A stretch of DNA of 64,000 nt from Armatimonadota bacterium (GTDB lineage Bacteria > Armatimonadota > HRBIN16): assembly GCA_963677485.1 (NCBI GenBank), contig OY781964.1, positions 1,920,001 through 1,984,000 of the forward strand, written 5' to 3'. Positions 9,474-19,698 of the stretch are shown piece after piece (within the stretch, counting starts at the first letter, position 1; each line of letters opens with the position of its first letter). A program made the translations under genes and the position numbers. Under the pieces are notes generated by a model. It saw nothing but the letters and a program-made list of their open reading frames with translations, searched no databases and was not told the origin of the DNA.

Positions 9474-10466
9474 TCAGGCCTTAATCACTCGGATGTGATG
9501 CAGATCGCCTTCGCCCAGTCCCATTTTGGCTGCGGTCACAAGATGACGCACCGGTTGGCCGGAAGCTTCCAGGCTGCCAATGCCCATCTCTTTACGCCGG
9601 GCATCGATGATCTTGGTACCAACAACATCCATGGCGAGTGCATCAAAACTGGCCAGAATACTTCCATATTTCCACTGGAATTTGGGGGTGAAGCCAGGTC
9701 CACCATCGCAAAGTGGCCTAAGCGCGTCGCACAGAATCAGTCTGGTTTTGTTGCGGATACTTGGGAGTGAGTTGACTTCAGACAGGAATGGATCGCAGCC
9801 GTTGCCGTGATGCTGACCAGGGTTTTCGAAACTGCCATAGTGATTTTTATAAGCACACGATAATCCCGTGATGCTGTGATGCTTCAGTATCGGCAAATTT
9901 ACTAGTGCGGTGATCTGTTGTGTCAGGATTTTGCTGAGACGGCCCTCAAAGCTGCCCACTTTGGTGGCTTCAGCCTCGTAGTCGTTGTTCGTGCCATAGC
10001 ATTTCACGCCTGCTTCGCGGTTCAGCCGGAACTTGCACTTCAGCAGGTCGGCGTCAGCCCGATCCCAGATGATGATCTTATCGGCAGGGACGCCCGCTAG
10101 TTTCACGCCTTCCACCACAGCATTGACTACTTCCGGGCTGCTGCAGGCACCTGGGCCAAACAGGGTGTTGATCTTAATGCCCACCACATCACTCTTATCG
10201 AAGAGCTGGCTCCAGGCAAGTTGGTCTTTCTTCTGCCCTGTGAGCAGCCTGACGGAGGCAAATACCATTTCGCGTACCGTATCACTGTGCAGGCGCATAT
10301 CAGCGGTCACAGCTTGAGGCCGATTCGCTTCAACAACCGTTGGCCCCACCTTCTTAGTGAGCTGTATGAATGCAGATACTAGTGGGCTCTGTCGCACCAC
10401 ATTGGCACCTTTTGATGCAAGACCCAATAAAAACGTACGTCGCGATTCGTCTACGTTCAATGTCAT
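9474..10466 (-). CDS. DUF362 domain protein with Tat-like leader
   Basis: SRRTFLL, VGIKIN, VNLPILKHH..TG, KNHYG and ASFDALAMD. Confidence 0.8.
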   Translation of the reverse strand: MTLNVDESRRTFLLGLASKGANVVRQSPLVSAFIQLTKKVGPTVVEANRPQAVTADMRLHSDTVREMVFASVRLLTGQKKDQLAWSQLFDKSDVVGIKINTLFGPGACSSPEVVNAVVEGVKLAGVPADKIIIWDRADADLLKCKFRLNREAGVKCYGTNNDYEAEATKVGSFEGRLSKILTQQITALVNLPILKHHSITGLSCAYKNHYGSFENPGQHHGNGCDPFLSEVNSLPSIRNKTRLILCDALRPLCDGGPGFTPKFQWKYGSILASFDALAMDVVGTKIIDARRKEMGIGSLEASGQPVRHLVTAAKMGLGEGDLHHIRVIKA

Positions 10467-10475
10467 CCTCCGAGA

Positions 10476-11981
10476 TTAAGAAGATCGATGCTGAGTATAG
10501 CGTTCTTCACGGTTATCGCCCTGGGCGCGAACTCTAATGGCCGCTTCGGGCTGTATGGGACAGCGGTTTTCGCACTGCCCACAGCCAACACATATATTCC
10601 TGTCCACTACGGGGCACTTTGTGCCCTTGTTATCAACGCTTTTGATGGCCTGGTATCCACAGTGCTCACCGCAAACCAGACACTCACGCCCGTCGGCCCA
10701 GGCCATGCACCTGTTGTGATCTACACTTGCCTGACCTAGCCGGATTTCGTATTTTTTAGCCAGATCGTATAACTTGATCGCACCGGTAGGGCAGACATCC
10801 GCGCAAGCGTTGCACCCCTCGATGCAATAACCGATGCGGGGTATCAGGATCGGTGATTCAAACCCTTCAATTCCCGCCTCCCACACGGCAGGATGCAGCG
10901 CGTGCGTGGGACATATCTTCGTGCAAAGACCGCAACGAATACAACGATCCAAAAACAGTGATTCGGGTTGAGAACCAGGCGGCCTGATCAACCAGGGACT
11001 ACTACTTTTGACGGACGAATCCTGAATTAGTTTCGAACTGATGTCTGTCTTGAGCACGCCAGCTACGGCTACACCGAGTACGCCCATGCCCAGCACACGC
11101 CGTCGATCCAGGTCAACTGGCCGTAACTGCTGGCTGCTCTCCGTCGACAGGGCGATTTCCGTGGCATCCTGGCCACACGTAGGCACACAGTTGTAGCATA
11201 AAATACACTCGGGTTGGATAACCTCCGTGGTTTTCGCTTGCGGAATGGCGGCCATTTTACATTCGATACGGCACAACTGGCAGTTGGTGCAGCTCTCCTC
11301 GTCGACACGCCTTTTCCATAACGACCATCGGCCTGTGATGCCGAACAATCCACCCAGTGGGCAGATGTTCCGGCACCAAAAGCGCTTGCCCCACTTGCCC
11401 ATCCCAATCGCTGCGATGAAGATGACGAGCGACAATAGCCCCAACCGGGTGTATGGCTGAGTTTCAGACAGCCAGGGTGCAGTGAAACCCGTGGCATGGG
11501 CTACAGTCCACAACGGGGCTTGGACCGCCTGAATCAGGGCTCGGCTGGCGATGGCCATGGGGTCCAGCAGATATGCCAACTGAACGGAAAAGAGGGCACT
11601 CACGAGTATAAGCACCAGCAAGGCCTGCTTCAGCCAGCGTGGTCCGAGCTTCGGGGTGTTGTGTTTTGTGGTGACCTTATCTGCGATGTCGACACAACTG
11701 CCCATGGGGCACACCCAGCCGCAAAACCATCGGCCAAACAGCATAGAAAGAACCAGTACAGCCAACCCTGCAAAAAGGTGGTGATCGAGTTGCCTGGAGC
11801 TGATAAAGGTGGCGATGCCCACCAGAGGATCCAGCGCGAAGAATATCTCTGGTCTGGGCATGAGCCGCTCCAGCGATGTGCCAAAGCAGGCCGCTAAAAA
11901 GAGCACAAAGAACAACGACTGCACGATCATTCGGGCAGTTCTCATACGGCTGGGGCGAGTGCGGCGCGTTGATTTGGCCAT
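10476..11981 (-). CDS. Membrane polyferredoxin (NapH/MauN + NapG/MauM-like 4Fe-4S binding protein)
   Basis: GRWFCGWVCPMG, RFWCRNICPLG and multiple CxxCxxCxxxCP motifs; several TM helices. Confidence 0.9.
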   Translation of the reverse strand: MAKSTRRTRPSRMRTARMIVQSLFFVLFLAACFGTSLERLMPRPEIFFALDPLVGIATFISSRQLDHHLFAGLAVLVLSMLFGRWFCGWVCPMGSCVDIADKVTTKHNTPKLGPRWLKQALLVLILVSALFSVQLAYLLDPMAIASRALIQAVQAPLWTVAHATGFTAPWLSETQPYTRLGLLSLVIFIAAIGMGKWGKRFWCRNICPLGGLFGITGRWSLWKRRVDEESCTNCQLCRIECKMAAIPQAKTTEVIQPECILCYNCVPTCGQDATEIALSTESSQQLRPVDLDRRRVLGMGVLGVAVAGVLKTDISSKLIQDSSVKSSSPWLIRPPGSQPESLFLDRCIRCGLCTKICPTHALHPAVWEAGIEGFESPILIPRIGYCIEGCNACADVCPTGAIKLYDLAKKYEIRLGQASVDHNRCMAWADGRECLVCGEHCGYQAIKSVDNKGTKCPVVDRNICVGCGQCENRCPIQPEAAIRVRAQGDNREERYTQHRSS

Positions 11982-11984
11982 CAG

Positions 11985-12890
11985 TTATACTCTCGCGAGT
12001 TTGATGGCTTTCAGATCAATCTCACCCAGACCTTTAGCAGCCGCAGACTTCAAATATTCCAGTTCGGAAGGCTTGACTCCAAATAGTCCGGCGACCACCG
12101 CGTCCACAGCCACCGGGTCGGTGCTGGCGAACATCTTGTTCTCCTGGCGGGTGGTGCCGGGACCCTTCGGGCCGTTATCAAGCAAAATCCTTGTTGCATC
12201 TATGATGGTAAGGTCGGGAATGACCACGCTGGCAAAGTCGGCGATGCAGTCAGCCAGACCTTTCACGTGCCACCATTGCCTGTCCCAAACGGCACCCATC
12301 AGGTTTTTCAAACCCATACTTAACTTGGTTGCTCCATGGTTCTTGGCGACCGGCAAGTTGATAAAGCAATCAGCTTGCGTGATGGCGGTGAGCACCTCAG
12401 CCTCGGGCAGTTTGGTGGCGTTGGGGATCGATATCGGCTGGTAGAGGTTGCGAAGGTGAGCACTGACCAGTTTGCCGCCAGCCGCATCCACGGCGGCTTT
12501 CAGACCGCTCACGGCGAACACTAGCTGCGAAGGGGTGTCGCAGGTGTGCTCAATCACCAGAACCTCGGCGGCACCGGCGGCTCTGCATATCTCGATCATC
12601 GCAGCCACGACCTGGGGGTTGGTGTTCGCAGCCTGTAATGGCGTGCGTGACCATCCACAGTTTGGCTTAATGACGACTTTGCTGCCCTTCTTCACGAAGG
12701 CCTCGATACCGCCCATCGGCTTCAGCAATGCGGAGATCATCGCCTTGGGGTCGGTGCCATCAGCCTGATAGACCTGGCCTCTGATGATCTTGGGGGCGAT
12801 TTTTCGTATGGGACCTTTGGCCACTTGTTTTCGTTGGCAACCAGCCAGTAATACTGCGGCACCAATTGCCGCTGCGGCGATCTCTTTCAT
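11985..12890 (-). CDS. DUF362 domain lipoprotein
   Basis: Lipobox LLAGC; VVIKPN, INLPVAKNH, MGLKNLMG and STDPVAVDA. Confidence 0.85.
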   Translation of the reverse strand: MKEIAAAAIGAAVLLAGCQRKQVAKGPIRKIAPKIIRGQVYQADGTDPKAMISALLKPMGGIEAFVKKGSKVVIKPNCGWSRTPLQAANTNPQVVAAMIEICRAAGAAEVLVIEHTCDTPSQLVFAVSGLKAAVDAAGGKLVSAHLRNLYQPISIPNATKLPEAEVLTAITQADCFINLPVAKNHGATKLSMGLKNLMGAVWDRQWWHVKGLADCIADFASVVIPDLTIIDATRILLDNGPKGPGTTRQENKMFASTDPVAVDAVVAGLFGVKPSELEYLKSAAAKGLGEIDLKAIKLARV

Positions 12891-13079
12891 TGGTTCCCTC
12901 CGATAAAGTGACAGGTGGGTAGCAGCCGTGCGATCCGATGTCCACCGACTGATGCGTTGAAGAGCCTAAAATGGGATTAGACACAATATATTATATGCAG
13001 ATATCAGCCGATTATGTGCCGCCGGTGTTTTGGGGTTCCGACGGCACTCGTCATCTCAACGAATCACTCTGGGCTGACT

Positions 13080-14897
13080 TTACAGACTGGGGCTGGCTTG
13101 CGCGCCGAAATACTGGTCGATGACCACATAATCGAACAGGTTGACGCTTCCGCTGCCGTCTAGATCCATCGGCAGGTCAAGACCAACCTGTCCGAAGTTC
13201 ATGTCTAGCTGCACGAAGTCAAACAGGTTCACCTGTCCGTTGCCATCGGCATCGCCGTTGGGAAGTTCCAGGTTTTTGCCTGCCAGGTTGGCCGTGCTGA
13301 CGTTAAGGCCCGTCATCGTGATGGCAGGGAAATGGCTGCCCGAAATGCGCAGGCTGTATGTACCCGGAGCTAGCCAGTCTACGCGGTATCCGCCTCCCAG
13401 ATTACGCATTAACGGCACGGTGACGGTGGGACTTGACACATCAGTGCGCTTAACCTGGGCCTGCAAATCCTCGAACCGTGCATCGCCAACATATTTACTG
13501 AGCGTGACCTGGCCAGATATCGTGCGATTGGTGCCGGTGGGCTTGCCGAACGCCTTGATGCACACGCTGGCATTGGGATACGAACTCACTATATCTGACC
13601 ACGAGGTGCCCGCCTTACTGATGTATGTCTGACCGGCTGAAGCGGTCGCCCCACCCGTGTAGCCATCAATCACACCTTCAAAGGAGATGGGGTAGTTATA
13701 GCCTGGAGTAGTCCACTTGACCACCACGGAAAACTTCTGACCAGATGTGACGGATACCGGTGATGCCAGTGTGATGGTGTGATATCCAGGATATGCGATC
13801 GTTCCGGTGGTGGTGCCATACGCGGTGCCAGCCACGGGACTTGTGGTGGGGTTGAGGTAGATCATCGCCTGATAGCTGGTGTTGACCACCGGGGTGTAGA
13901 AGGACACCGCTTGAATCTGCTCTGCGGCTGAAGAGGTATAGACTGCGGCTCCATATGCACTGTCCTGAGCATACCCTACCATGCGGGTAAAGCCAAGCGG
14001 GTCATACTGGTAGATATGCTGGTAATTCGATGCAGGCTGCACCACGGAGATACAAGATGCATTATGAGCCAGATTTACGTCGTAATAACTGACCCAGCCG
14101 TAACCGCTCTGACCCCAATAAGTGCTCCAGCTATTTTTGAACAGAAAGGCACCGTTACCGGGGGGCATTCCGTTGGCCATTTGAAAATTAGTTTTTGAGT
14201 AGTTGTCATCCCAGCCGATGATGCTGACTTCGTGACTCGGCGCCTGCACCACGTCCACATAGATGCTGGCGGTGACGGGTGTATAGGAATAGTCATCCCA
14301 GTAGAGGTCGGCTGCGACGGGCCCGTAGTTCGTCACGCAGTTTTTGATCACATCGTTGTCTAACGCCGATGCTCTGGGAGGAAGCAAGATATCTTCCTGC
14401 ACATGGGCATACGCGGGAACCGTGCCAGGAGAGACGAAGATGGAATCATTAAACGGATCGTCTGATTCCAGCACAGGGCCATCCCAGCGAGCGAGATAAG
14501 CCGCCGCCATGCCAGAGTTTCCGCCGGAGTCTACCGGCCAGTCAAACCCGTGGCGGTTGCTGATATGCAACTCAGACAAGTCCGTGGTATCCGATGGACG
14601 GATACGGCCTTCTATTGAGGCGATGCATGAAAAAGCCCAGCAGTCATTAGCTGCCCCCTGGTTTCTCACCGGGGCACTTCGGGCTGATGTGCGAAGATCA
14701 TAAGTGGCTGGGTAGACCGCCAGAGTGTGCATATCTGCTTTATAAGGCGGCAAAAGAACGGGGTTTGGCACCATCGCGCTGTGTTCATTGATAGCCTTGA
14801 TGAATGCAGGGTTGATAGGTGCCAGTACCTGCGCCTGCATTGTGGATGCCATGACTATCAGTGCTGCGATAGCGAGCATACGGTGATGGGTGATCAT
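13080..14897 (-). CDS. Secreted papain-family (C1A) cysteine protease with lectin-like and dockerin-like domains
   Basis: Signal peptide; RNQG...CWAF, SHEVSIIGWDD, KNSW; YQYDPLG lectin-like domain; duplicated DxDGxGxVNLFD tail. Confidence 0.9.
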   Translation of the reverse strand: MITHHRMLAIAALIVMASTMQAQVLAPINPAFIKAINEHSAMVPNPVLLPPYKADMHTLAVYPATYDLRTSARSAPVRNQGAANDCWAFSCIASIEGRIRPSDTTDLSELHISNRHGFDWPVDSGGNSGMAAAYLARWDGPVLESDDPFNDSIFVSPGTVPAYAHVQEDILLPPRASALDNDVIKNCVTNYGPVAADLYWDDYSYTPVTASIYVDVVQAPSHEVSIIGWDDNYSKTNFQMANGMPPGNGAFLFKNSWSTYWGQSGYGWVSYYDVNLAHNASCISVVQPASNYQHIYQYDPLGFTRMVGYAQDSAYGAAVYTSSAAEQIQAVSFYTPVVNTSYQAMIYLNPTTSPVAGTAYGTTTGTIAYPGYHTITLASPVSVTSGQKFSVVVKWTTPGYNYPISFEGVIDGYTGGATASAGQTYISKAGTSWSDIVSSYPNASVCIKAFGKPTGTNRTISGQVTLSKYVGDARFEDLQAQVKRTDVSSPTVTVPLMRNLGGGYRVDWLAPGTYSLRISGSHFPAITMTGLNVSTANLAGKNLELPNGDADGNGQVNLFDFVQLDMNFGQVGLDLPMDLDGSGSVNLFDYVVIDQYFGAQASPSL

Positions 14898-15130
14898 TTT
14901 CGTAACCGCCTTTAGATATATAGAATCACATTATTATTATGTGTTAGTTTACTCTTAGAATGCGCCGTCATATCTGCTTGATTTGGAGAAGGCATCGATT
15001 ATGGTGCAATATCGTTCAATGTGTTGCAAGAAAACGAGAGATGGTAGTTCCGTGCGAAAAGGTTAGTGGAGCGGAGTAAGATCATGGTGCAGTCGTGTAT
15101 CCGCATTATGGCTAATGCCCGTGAAGGTCG

Positions 15131-15694
15131 CTACAAACCGGTCGATTCTACCTTCCACGAGACGGCTAAGCTGTGGCTGCCGGACCGTTTGATGGCGGTG
15201 TTGGCTTTCAGTGTGAAGATCAGCGTTGTAATGGTGCAACTCGCACTATCAGCATCGGAAACAGCCACCTCGTTAAATGATTCACTGAGGCTGCCTGCCA
15301 CCCCTCTTCCACCTGACCAGACCGGTGCATTCCACGAAACGTCAGCAGGTGCCCATGTGGGCGTTCCAGATTCGGAATGTGTAAACGTGCCGGCATCCGC
15401 TTTGATGTACAATTTTAACTGCTTCGTCGCAGTTGCCAATACAATATTCTCGACCTTGACCGCTTGTACCGCAGTCACGGTATTGGTTGTAATATCGGTA
15501 ACGTAGAATGCAAGAGTTGATGGCACTGTGATCTTACACTGCTCGGTCACATTTACGGTCATGGTGGTGCTGGTGAGGCCGTTGGCTTGTGCAGTGATGT
15601 CTGTGTCATCAGCCCGCGCTGTATGGCCGACCAATCCCACAAGAATCATACCGCTTATGACCCACGTTGCTGCGTTCAATCCCTCGGCCCCCAT
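15131..15694 (-). CDS. Secreted pilin-like beta-sandwich protein
   Basis: Signal peptide; paralogue of 19699..20277 (TTMT.NV.EQC..TVPS, VENIVL, TWA..DV.W, RSG.H....WKVE). Start uncertain. Confidence 0.65.
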   Translation of the reverse strand: MGAEGLNAATWVISGMILVGLVGHTARADDTDITAQANGLTSTTMTVNVTEQCKITVPSTLAFYVTDITTNTVTAVQAVKVENIVLATATKQLKLYIKADAGTFTHSESGTPTWAPADVSWNAPVWSGGRGVAGSLSESFNEVAVSDADSASCTITTLIFTLKANTAIKRSGSHSLAVSWKVESTGL

Positions 15695-15958
15695 ATAGTA
15701 ATAGTGATGGCAAAAGCTCACTAAACCGAAAGCGAGTTATATGGATTTTACCCTTGCCATGGCTTAACCATACCACAGAAACGCCTTAAAATGTTCGCAT
15801 GATCGAATAACGCGGAAAACGCGCCGGAATCGTGACACTCGCTGGAGGGCAGCAGCATGTAAGGGCATGACGTGCCGAGCTTCGCTTTCGCACGTGATTA
15901 TCTGCGTAACTAGTAGATGAATCTTCCTCTCCGCGCCTCCGTGTGACACATCCCGGCC

Positions 15959-16450
15959 TTAAGGGTTAATCGACTCCAGTTTCCAGGTTATAGAGAGCGT
16001 GTGGTTGCCCGCCCGAATGCCTGCTGGTAGAGGGGTCAAACGCCAGCTCATGTCGACCGTGCCTGATAGCGGGTTGGCGACGCTTTGGAACACATCAGTA
16101 TAGTTCAGGAAGTTCAAGCTTCCGTTGAAACCGGTCCCGCCGACAGCACCACTGGTTGTCCATGAGACATATGCTGCCGGTATGGCCGTGCCTCCACCGC
16201 TGGGTGTAGCGAAATCGGTGGCGTCTGCCTTGATGCTGATGCGAAGGGATTTTCCCAAATCGAGGCTGGCGTTACTGAAACTCACCGCTGTCGGGTTTGG
16301 ACTGCCAGTTGTTGGCACTGTCACATCGGTGACATAGAACCCAACGGAGCTGGGCACAGATATATCGACCGACTCCGCGGTTGCCAGGCGAGCGAAACCC
16401 GCACATACCGACAGGCATATGGCTAGAGTGCAGAGCGTTGTGTGTTTCAT
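15959..16450 (-). CDS. Secreted pilin-like protein
   Basis: Signal peptide; VPSSVGFYVTDV and C-terminal RAGNHTLSITWKLE shared with its paralogues. Confidence 0.65.
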   Translation of the reverse strand: MKHTTLCTLAICLSVCAGFARLATAESVDISVPSSVGFYVTDVTVPTTGSPNPTAVSFSNASLDLGKSLRISIKADATDFATPSGGGTAIPAAYVSWTTSGAVGGTGFNGSLNFLNYTDVFQSVANPLSGTVDMSWRLTPLPAGIRAGNHTLSITWKLESINP

Positions 16451-16473
16451 TATTTATAACTCCAAGATGCCGA

Positions 16474-18846
16474 TCAGGGCACCTCCTGGAAATCGATCTC
16501 CTTCTCCCGCACGATCAGCCTAAATGTGACGCCTGATACCTGCTTATCTGGCAGCAGCACCACAGACATTTCCACGGGCGATGCCGGAGCATATCCAGCC
16601 AGCAAGCGGTCGGTGTCCAGTTTTACCGAGTGATTGCCTGGCTCCAGATTGTAGAAGCTGAAAGAGCCGTCACGGCCTGTCACCGTCGCGAAATCGGCGA
16701 TGTGGATTACGATGTTCGCCACGCCCTCGCCAGGGTCGTAGCTTCCATTCTCATTCGTATCGCAGAACACCCGCCCGCTGATGGTATTAAGCGGGGCGAC
16801 CACAAGGTCGATCTTTTGACGGCTGGCACTGGTGATCTTAAGCGATCGTGTGGTATCATCACCTTTATAATCCGCCGCGAGGTTTTCGTTGTCAATGCTC
16901 AATACATAAACACCTGTGGGCACGTTGCGGAAGAGGTACTGTCCCTTACCGTCCGCCACAGCCCGATAAGCTCCCAGCTTCACCACCGCGTTGGAAATGG
17001 GCTGATTAGCCAGGTCCAGAACCCGCCCCCTTACCTCACCGCCGCGGACTGGAGTCGGGATGCCCCATACCCAACGCTTACGGAACATGAATTTCAGACC
17101 CATTATGTCTGTGCCGGAGCCATCACCAGACTGGTTACCGTATTCGGCACTGACTGAGAAGTTTTGCGGCATATCATGGTTCAGCCGCAGGCGTAGTTGG
17201 CTGGGCTCCATGATATGCGGAAAGGCACTGATGACCTGAAGCTGTGTGCGCGATGAGATCCGCCAGCTACTGACAAGGTTCTCATAACGTCCGCTGTAGA
17301 TGCCGTCCTGCCAGCGGTTACTCACCTGGTAGTCAAAGCTCAACCGAGGATTGACATAATACGAGGCCGATGCGGTGAGGTCGCTGCTGTCGTTGCCTAT
17401 CCAATCGAGAGTCGGGCCGCTGACCGGTCGGGCACTGTTACGCCACTGCTGGCGTATCAACAGCCGCACCGGACCGAGAGGCAAGCTCAACATGGCGGCA
17501 TCCGCGGAACTGTTGCCGAGGGAGGATGCCGCGGTGGTGTGTTCCATAGTCAAATCCACACCGCGGGCAATCGGTAAGCGTAACGAAAGGCTGGTGCCCT
17601 CTTGCCTATCCACGCCTTTCCCAGACCGGTTAAGGCTGCCATACAGGCTGATGCCCTTGCCAAGATCGTATGATGCAAATACGCCGCTCCCGCTGCCAGG
17701 GCCTGTGGAAGCCGTGGTTGACGCACTAGGAGCCGTATATCGAGCAAACCCACTAAGGTTAAACCGTTTGACATTATACTTAGCTTTGAACAACGACGAT
17801 CCATTGGAGGCGATCTCTCCACCTACCGACAGCTTGGGGTTCAGTATGATTTCATCTCTATAAGAAAACATCAGACTATGACTGCTGGTACGGTCATTCT
17901 TGAGATATAGAGACAAAGAGGGGCGTCGATTCGTGCCGATCTGCCAGGAGTAGCGCGCGCCTCGCTCGCCGCCGCCCAGCTCGCTGTAGAGGTCACCCGC
18001 TTCCCAACCGAACTCCTTGTCTACAAGAGAAAGGCGCAGGTTGGAGGGCAATATACCCTTCGGCCCTAGTGTGATAGAGGTGCCGAAATCCAGATAGACC
18101 CCACCGATACCGCCCGAGGCGGTGAGTTCGGTAGTCCAGTCACCGCCAGGCACATAGCCAAACCCGAGCCCAAGCTTCAAACTATCATGGCTGGGTGGAA
18201 GGATCGGCTTTATGGTGGTTTTATTAATCGAGGTTGACTGCGCCGATGAGCTTCTTTTCAACTCTTCCGGTGTCTTCTCGATAGAGATCGACTCCCAGCC
18301 GTCAGTCAGCTCTGATGTCTGTTCGGTGGGCTGTTCGGAAGGCTGCTGCTTGCTGGTGGTCAGCTCCGCGCGCCACTTCTCGTGATCCAGCTTCAGTTGC
18401 AGACCCGCCACCTCGGCGACGGCACTGAGCGGCAGATAAGCCGCCGGAGCCATGATGAGCAGAGGACTGTCGAGTGTGAGGGTTCTACCACCAGATTCGA
18501 GTGTGCCGTCACCGCTCCGTGCGTGCCACTCGGCACCTTTGGCATCAATGATAGTGAGCGTGTCGGCAGTCAGGCTGGTTGCAAAGCCAAGAGCCGTTTC
18601 CAGCGCCACCACATTGACTGCAGCACTCTCACCCCGTGTGATGGGAGCCGCGGGACCGGTGATGTCGGCTCCGTCAAGGTAGACATGCCACGAGGCCTGC
18701 GCCCAACCCGTTCCTGAAAACAAGACATACAGCAGCATTACTGTAAGCAGCACGGCTGCATGCAGCACGCAGCCGTGCTGCCATTTGCTACTTTGTGGCA
18801 GGAGTCGGTGGAGTATCACGGACGATGTCCATTTCTTTCTGGGCAC
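16474..18846 (-). CDS. Usher-like outer-membrane protein with C-terminal carboxypeptidase-regulatory/SdrD-like Ig domains
   Basis: Amphipathic beta-strand-rich core; GEVRGRVLD and ISGRVFCDTNENGSYDPGEG repeats; N-terminal copper-amine-oxidase-N-like segment. True start probably downstream of 18846. Confidence 0.6.
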   Translation of the reverse strand: MPRKKWTSSVILHRLLPQSSKWQHGCVLHAAVLLTVMLLYVLFSGTGWAQASWHVYLDGADITGPAAPITRGESAAVNVVALETALGFATSLTADTLTIIDAKGAEWHARSGDGTLESGGRTLTLDSPLLIMAPAAYLPLSAVAEVAGLQLKLDHEKWRAELTTSKQQPSEQPTEQTSELTDGWESISIEKTPEELKRSSSAQSTSINKTTIKPILPPSHDSLKLGLGFGYVPGGDWTTELTASGGIGGVYLDFGTSITLGPKGILPSNLRLSLVDKEFGWEAGDLYSELGGGERGARYSWQIGTNRRPSLSLYLKNDRTSSHSLMFSYRDEIILNPKLSVGGEIASNGSSLFKAKYNVKRFNLSGFARYTAPSASTTASTGPGSGSGVFASYDLGKGISLYGSLNRSGKGVDRQEGTSLSLRLPIARGVDLTMEHTTAASSLGNSSADAAMLSLPLGPVRLLIRQQWRNSARPVSGPTLDWIGNDSSDLTASASYYVNPRLSFDYQVSNRWQDGIYSGRYENLVSSWRISSRTQLQVISAFPHIMEPSQLRLRLNHDMPQNFSVSAEYGNQSGDGSGTDIMGLKFMFRKRWVWGIPTPVRGGEVRGRVLDLANQPISNAVVKLGAYRAVADGKGQYLFRNVPTGVYVLSIDNENLAADYKGDDTTRSLKITSASRQKIDLVVAPLNTISGRVFCDTNENGSYDPGEGVANIVIHIADFATVTGRDGSFSFYNLEPGNHSVKLDTDRLLAGYAPASPVEMSVVLLPDKQVSGVTFRLIVREKEIDFQEVP

Positions 18847-19630
18847 CGATCAGGCGGTCTATGCCAATATCAAGAACGGTTCGCACCAAATAACGCCCTG
18901 AAGGCAGAGTGGCGGCATCCGGCAGCACAGCACTCAGGATACCTGTACTGATTGGCTCGGGAAGCAGCGTGCTTCGTGCGATCAATGCTGTGGCGAAAGG
19001 TTTCTTCTCTCCGGGCTTGACAAACTCAAAACGGCCTTCGATACCTAAAGGGCTGTTGCCGTCGTTGCGCAGCTTTACACTCGCGGAGTTGGGCAGCACC
19101 TTCACTTCCATGATCTTGGCGGACCGATTCACAGGGGAGATATACAAAAAGATTCCGGTGCTTATCGATGCATGAAAACGCATGCCGACGCCTGAAGGCA
19201 GCACCTCCTGCGGGTTAGGCAGCTCATCCACAGTCATGACACACCAATAACCACCTGGCTTCACATCGACCGGAATTGATATCGATATACGAACATACAA
19301 AGTGCCGCCCGGTACTACAGCCGCTTCTACTGGGTTGAGTTTGATCCAGCCTGCACATGAGTGTGATGGTGTACCGGCCGATCCTGGCTCGCGGTAGATA
19401 GACTGACCACCGTCTTCGCTGCGCCACCAGTCTTCCATATGCGCCTTAAAATAGGTTAGTTTTTCCGCTTTGTCAATTGTTAATTGGAAATTACGGTTCA
19501 CTAGCTGACCAGGCTTCCCTTCTATTTTGATAGATGTTAGTGCTGATCTGAACTTAAGTGCGTAGGAGCAATTAGGGACTAGCACAATGAGCATAAAAAG
19601 GAGGAGTAAGGTGGTCGCGGTCTGTCTCAT
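18788..19630 (-). CDS. Periplasmic pilus chaperone-like (PapD-like) protein
   Basis: Signal peptide; SCAGWIKLNP, PGGYWCVMTVDELP, VKLRNDGN and LPSGRY..R.VLD.G; start placed at MRQTA after AGAGGT. Confidence 0.65.
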   Translation of the reverse strand: MRQTATTLLLLFMLIVLVPNCSYALKFRSALTSIKIEGKPGQLVNRNFQLTIDKAEKLTYFKAHMEDWWRSEDGGQSIYREPGSAGTPSHSCAGWIKLNPVEAAVVPGGTLYVRISISIPVDVKPGGYWCVMTVDELPNPQEVLPSGVGMRFHASISTGIFLYISPVNRSAKIMEVKVLPNSASVKLRNDGNSPLGIEGRFEFVKPGEKKPFATALIARSTLLPEPISTGILSAVLPDAATLPSGRYLVRTVLDIGIDRLIGAQKEMDIVRDTPPTPATK

Positions 19631-19698
19631 GTCTGCACCTCTATGTAGGTATCCAGCAGAGCGAAAGTCACCCTGCTGGATGGTTAGCGTCTGTATTA

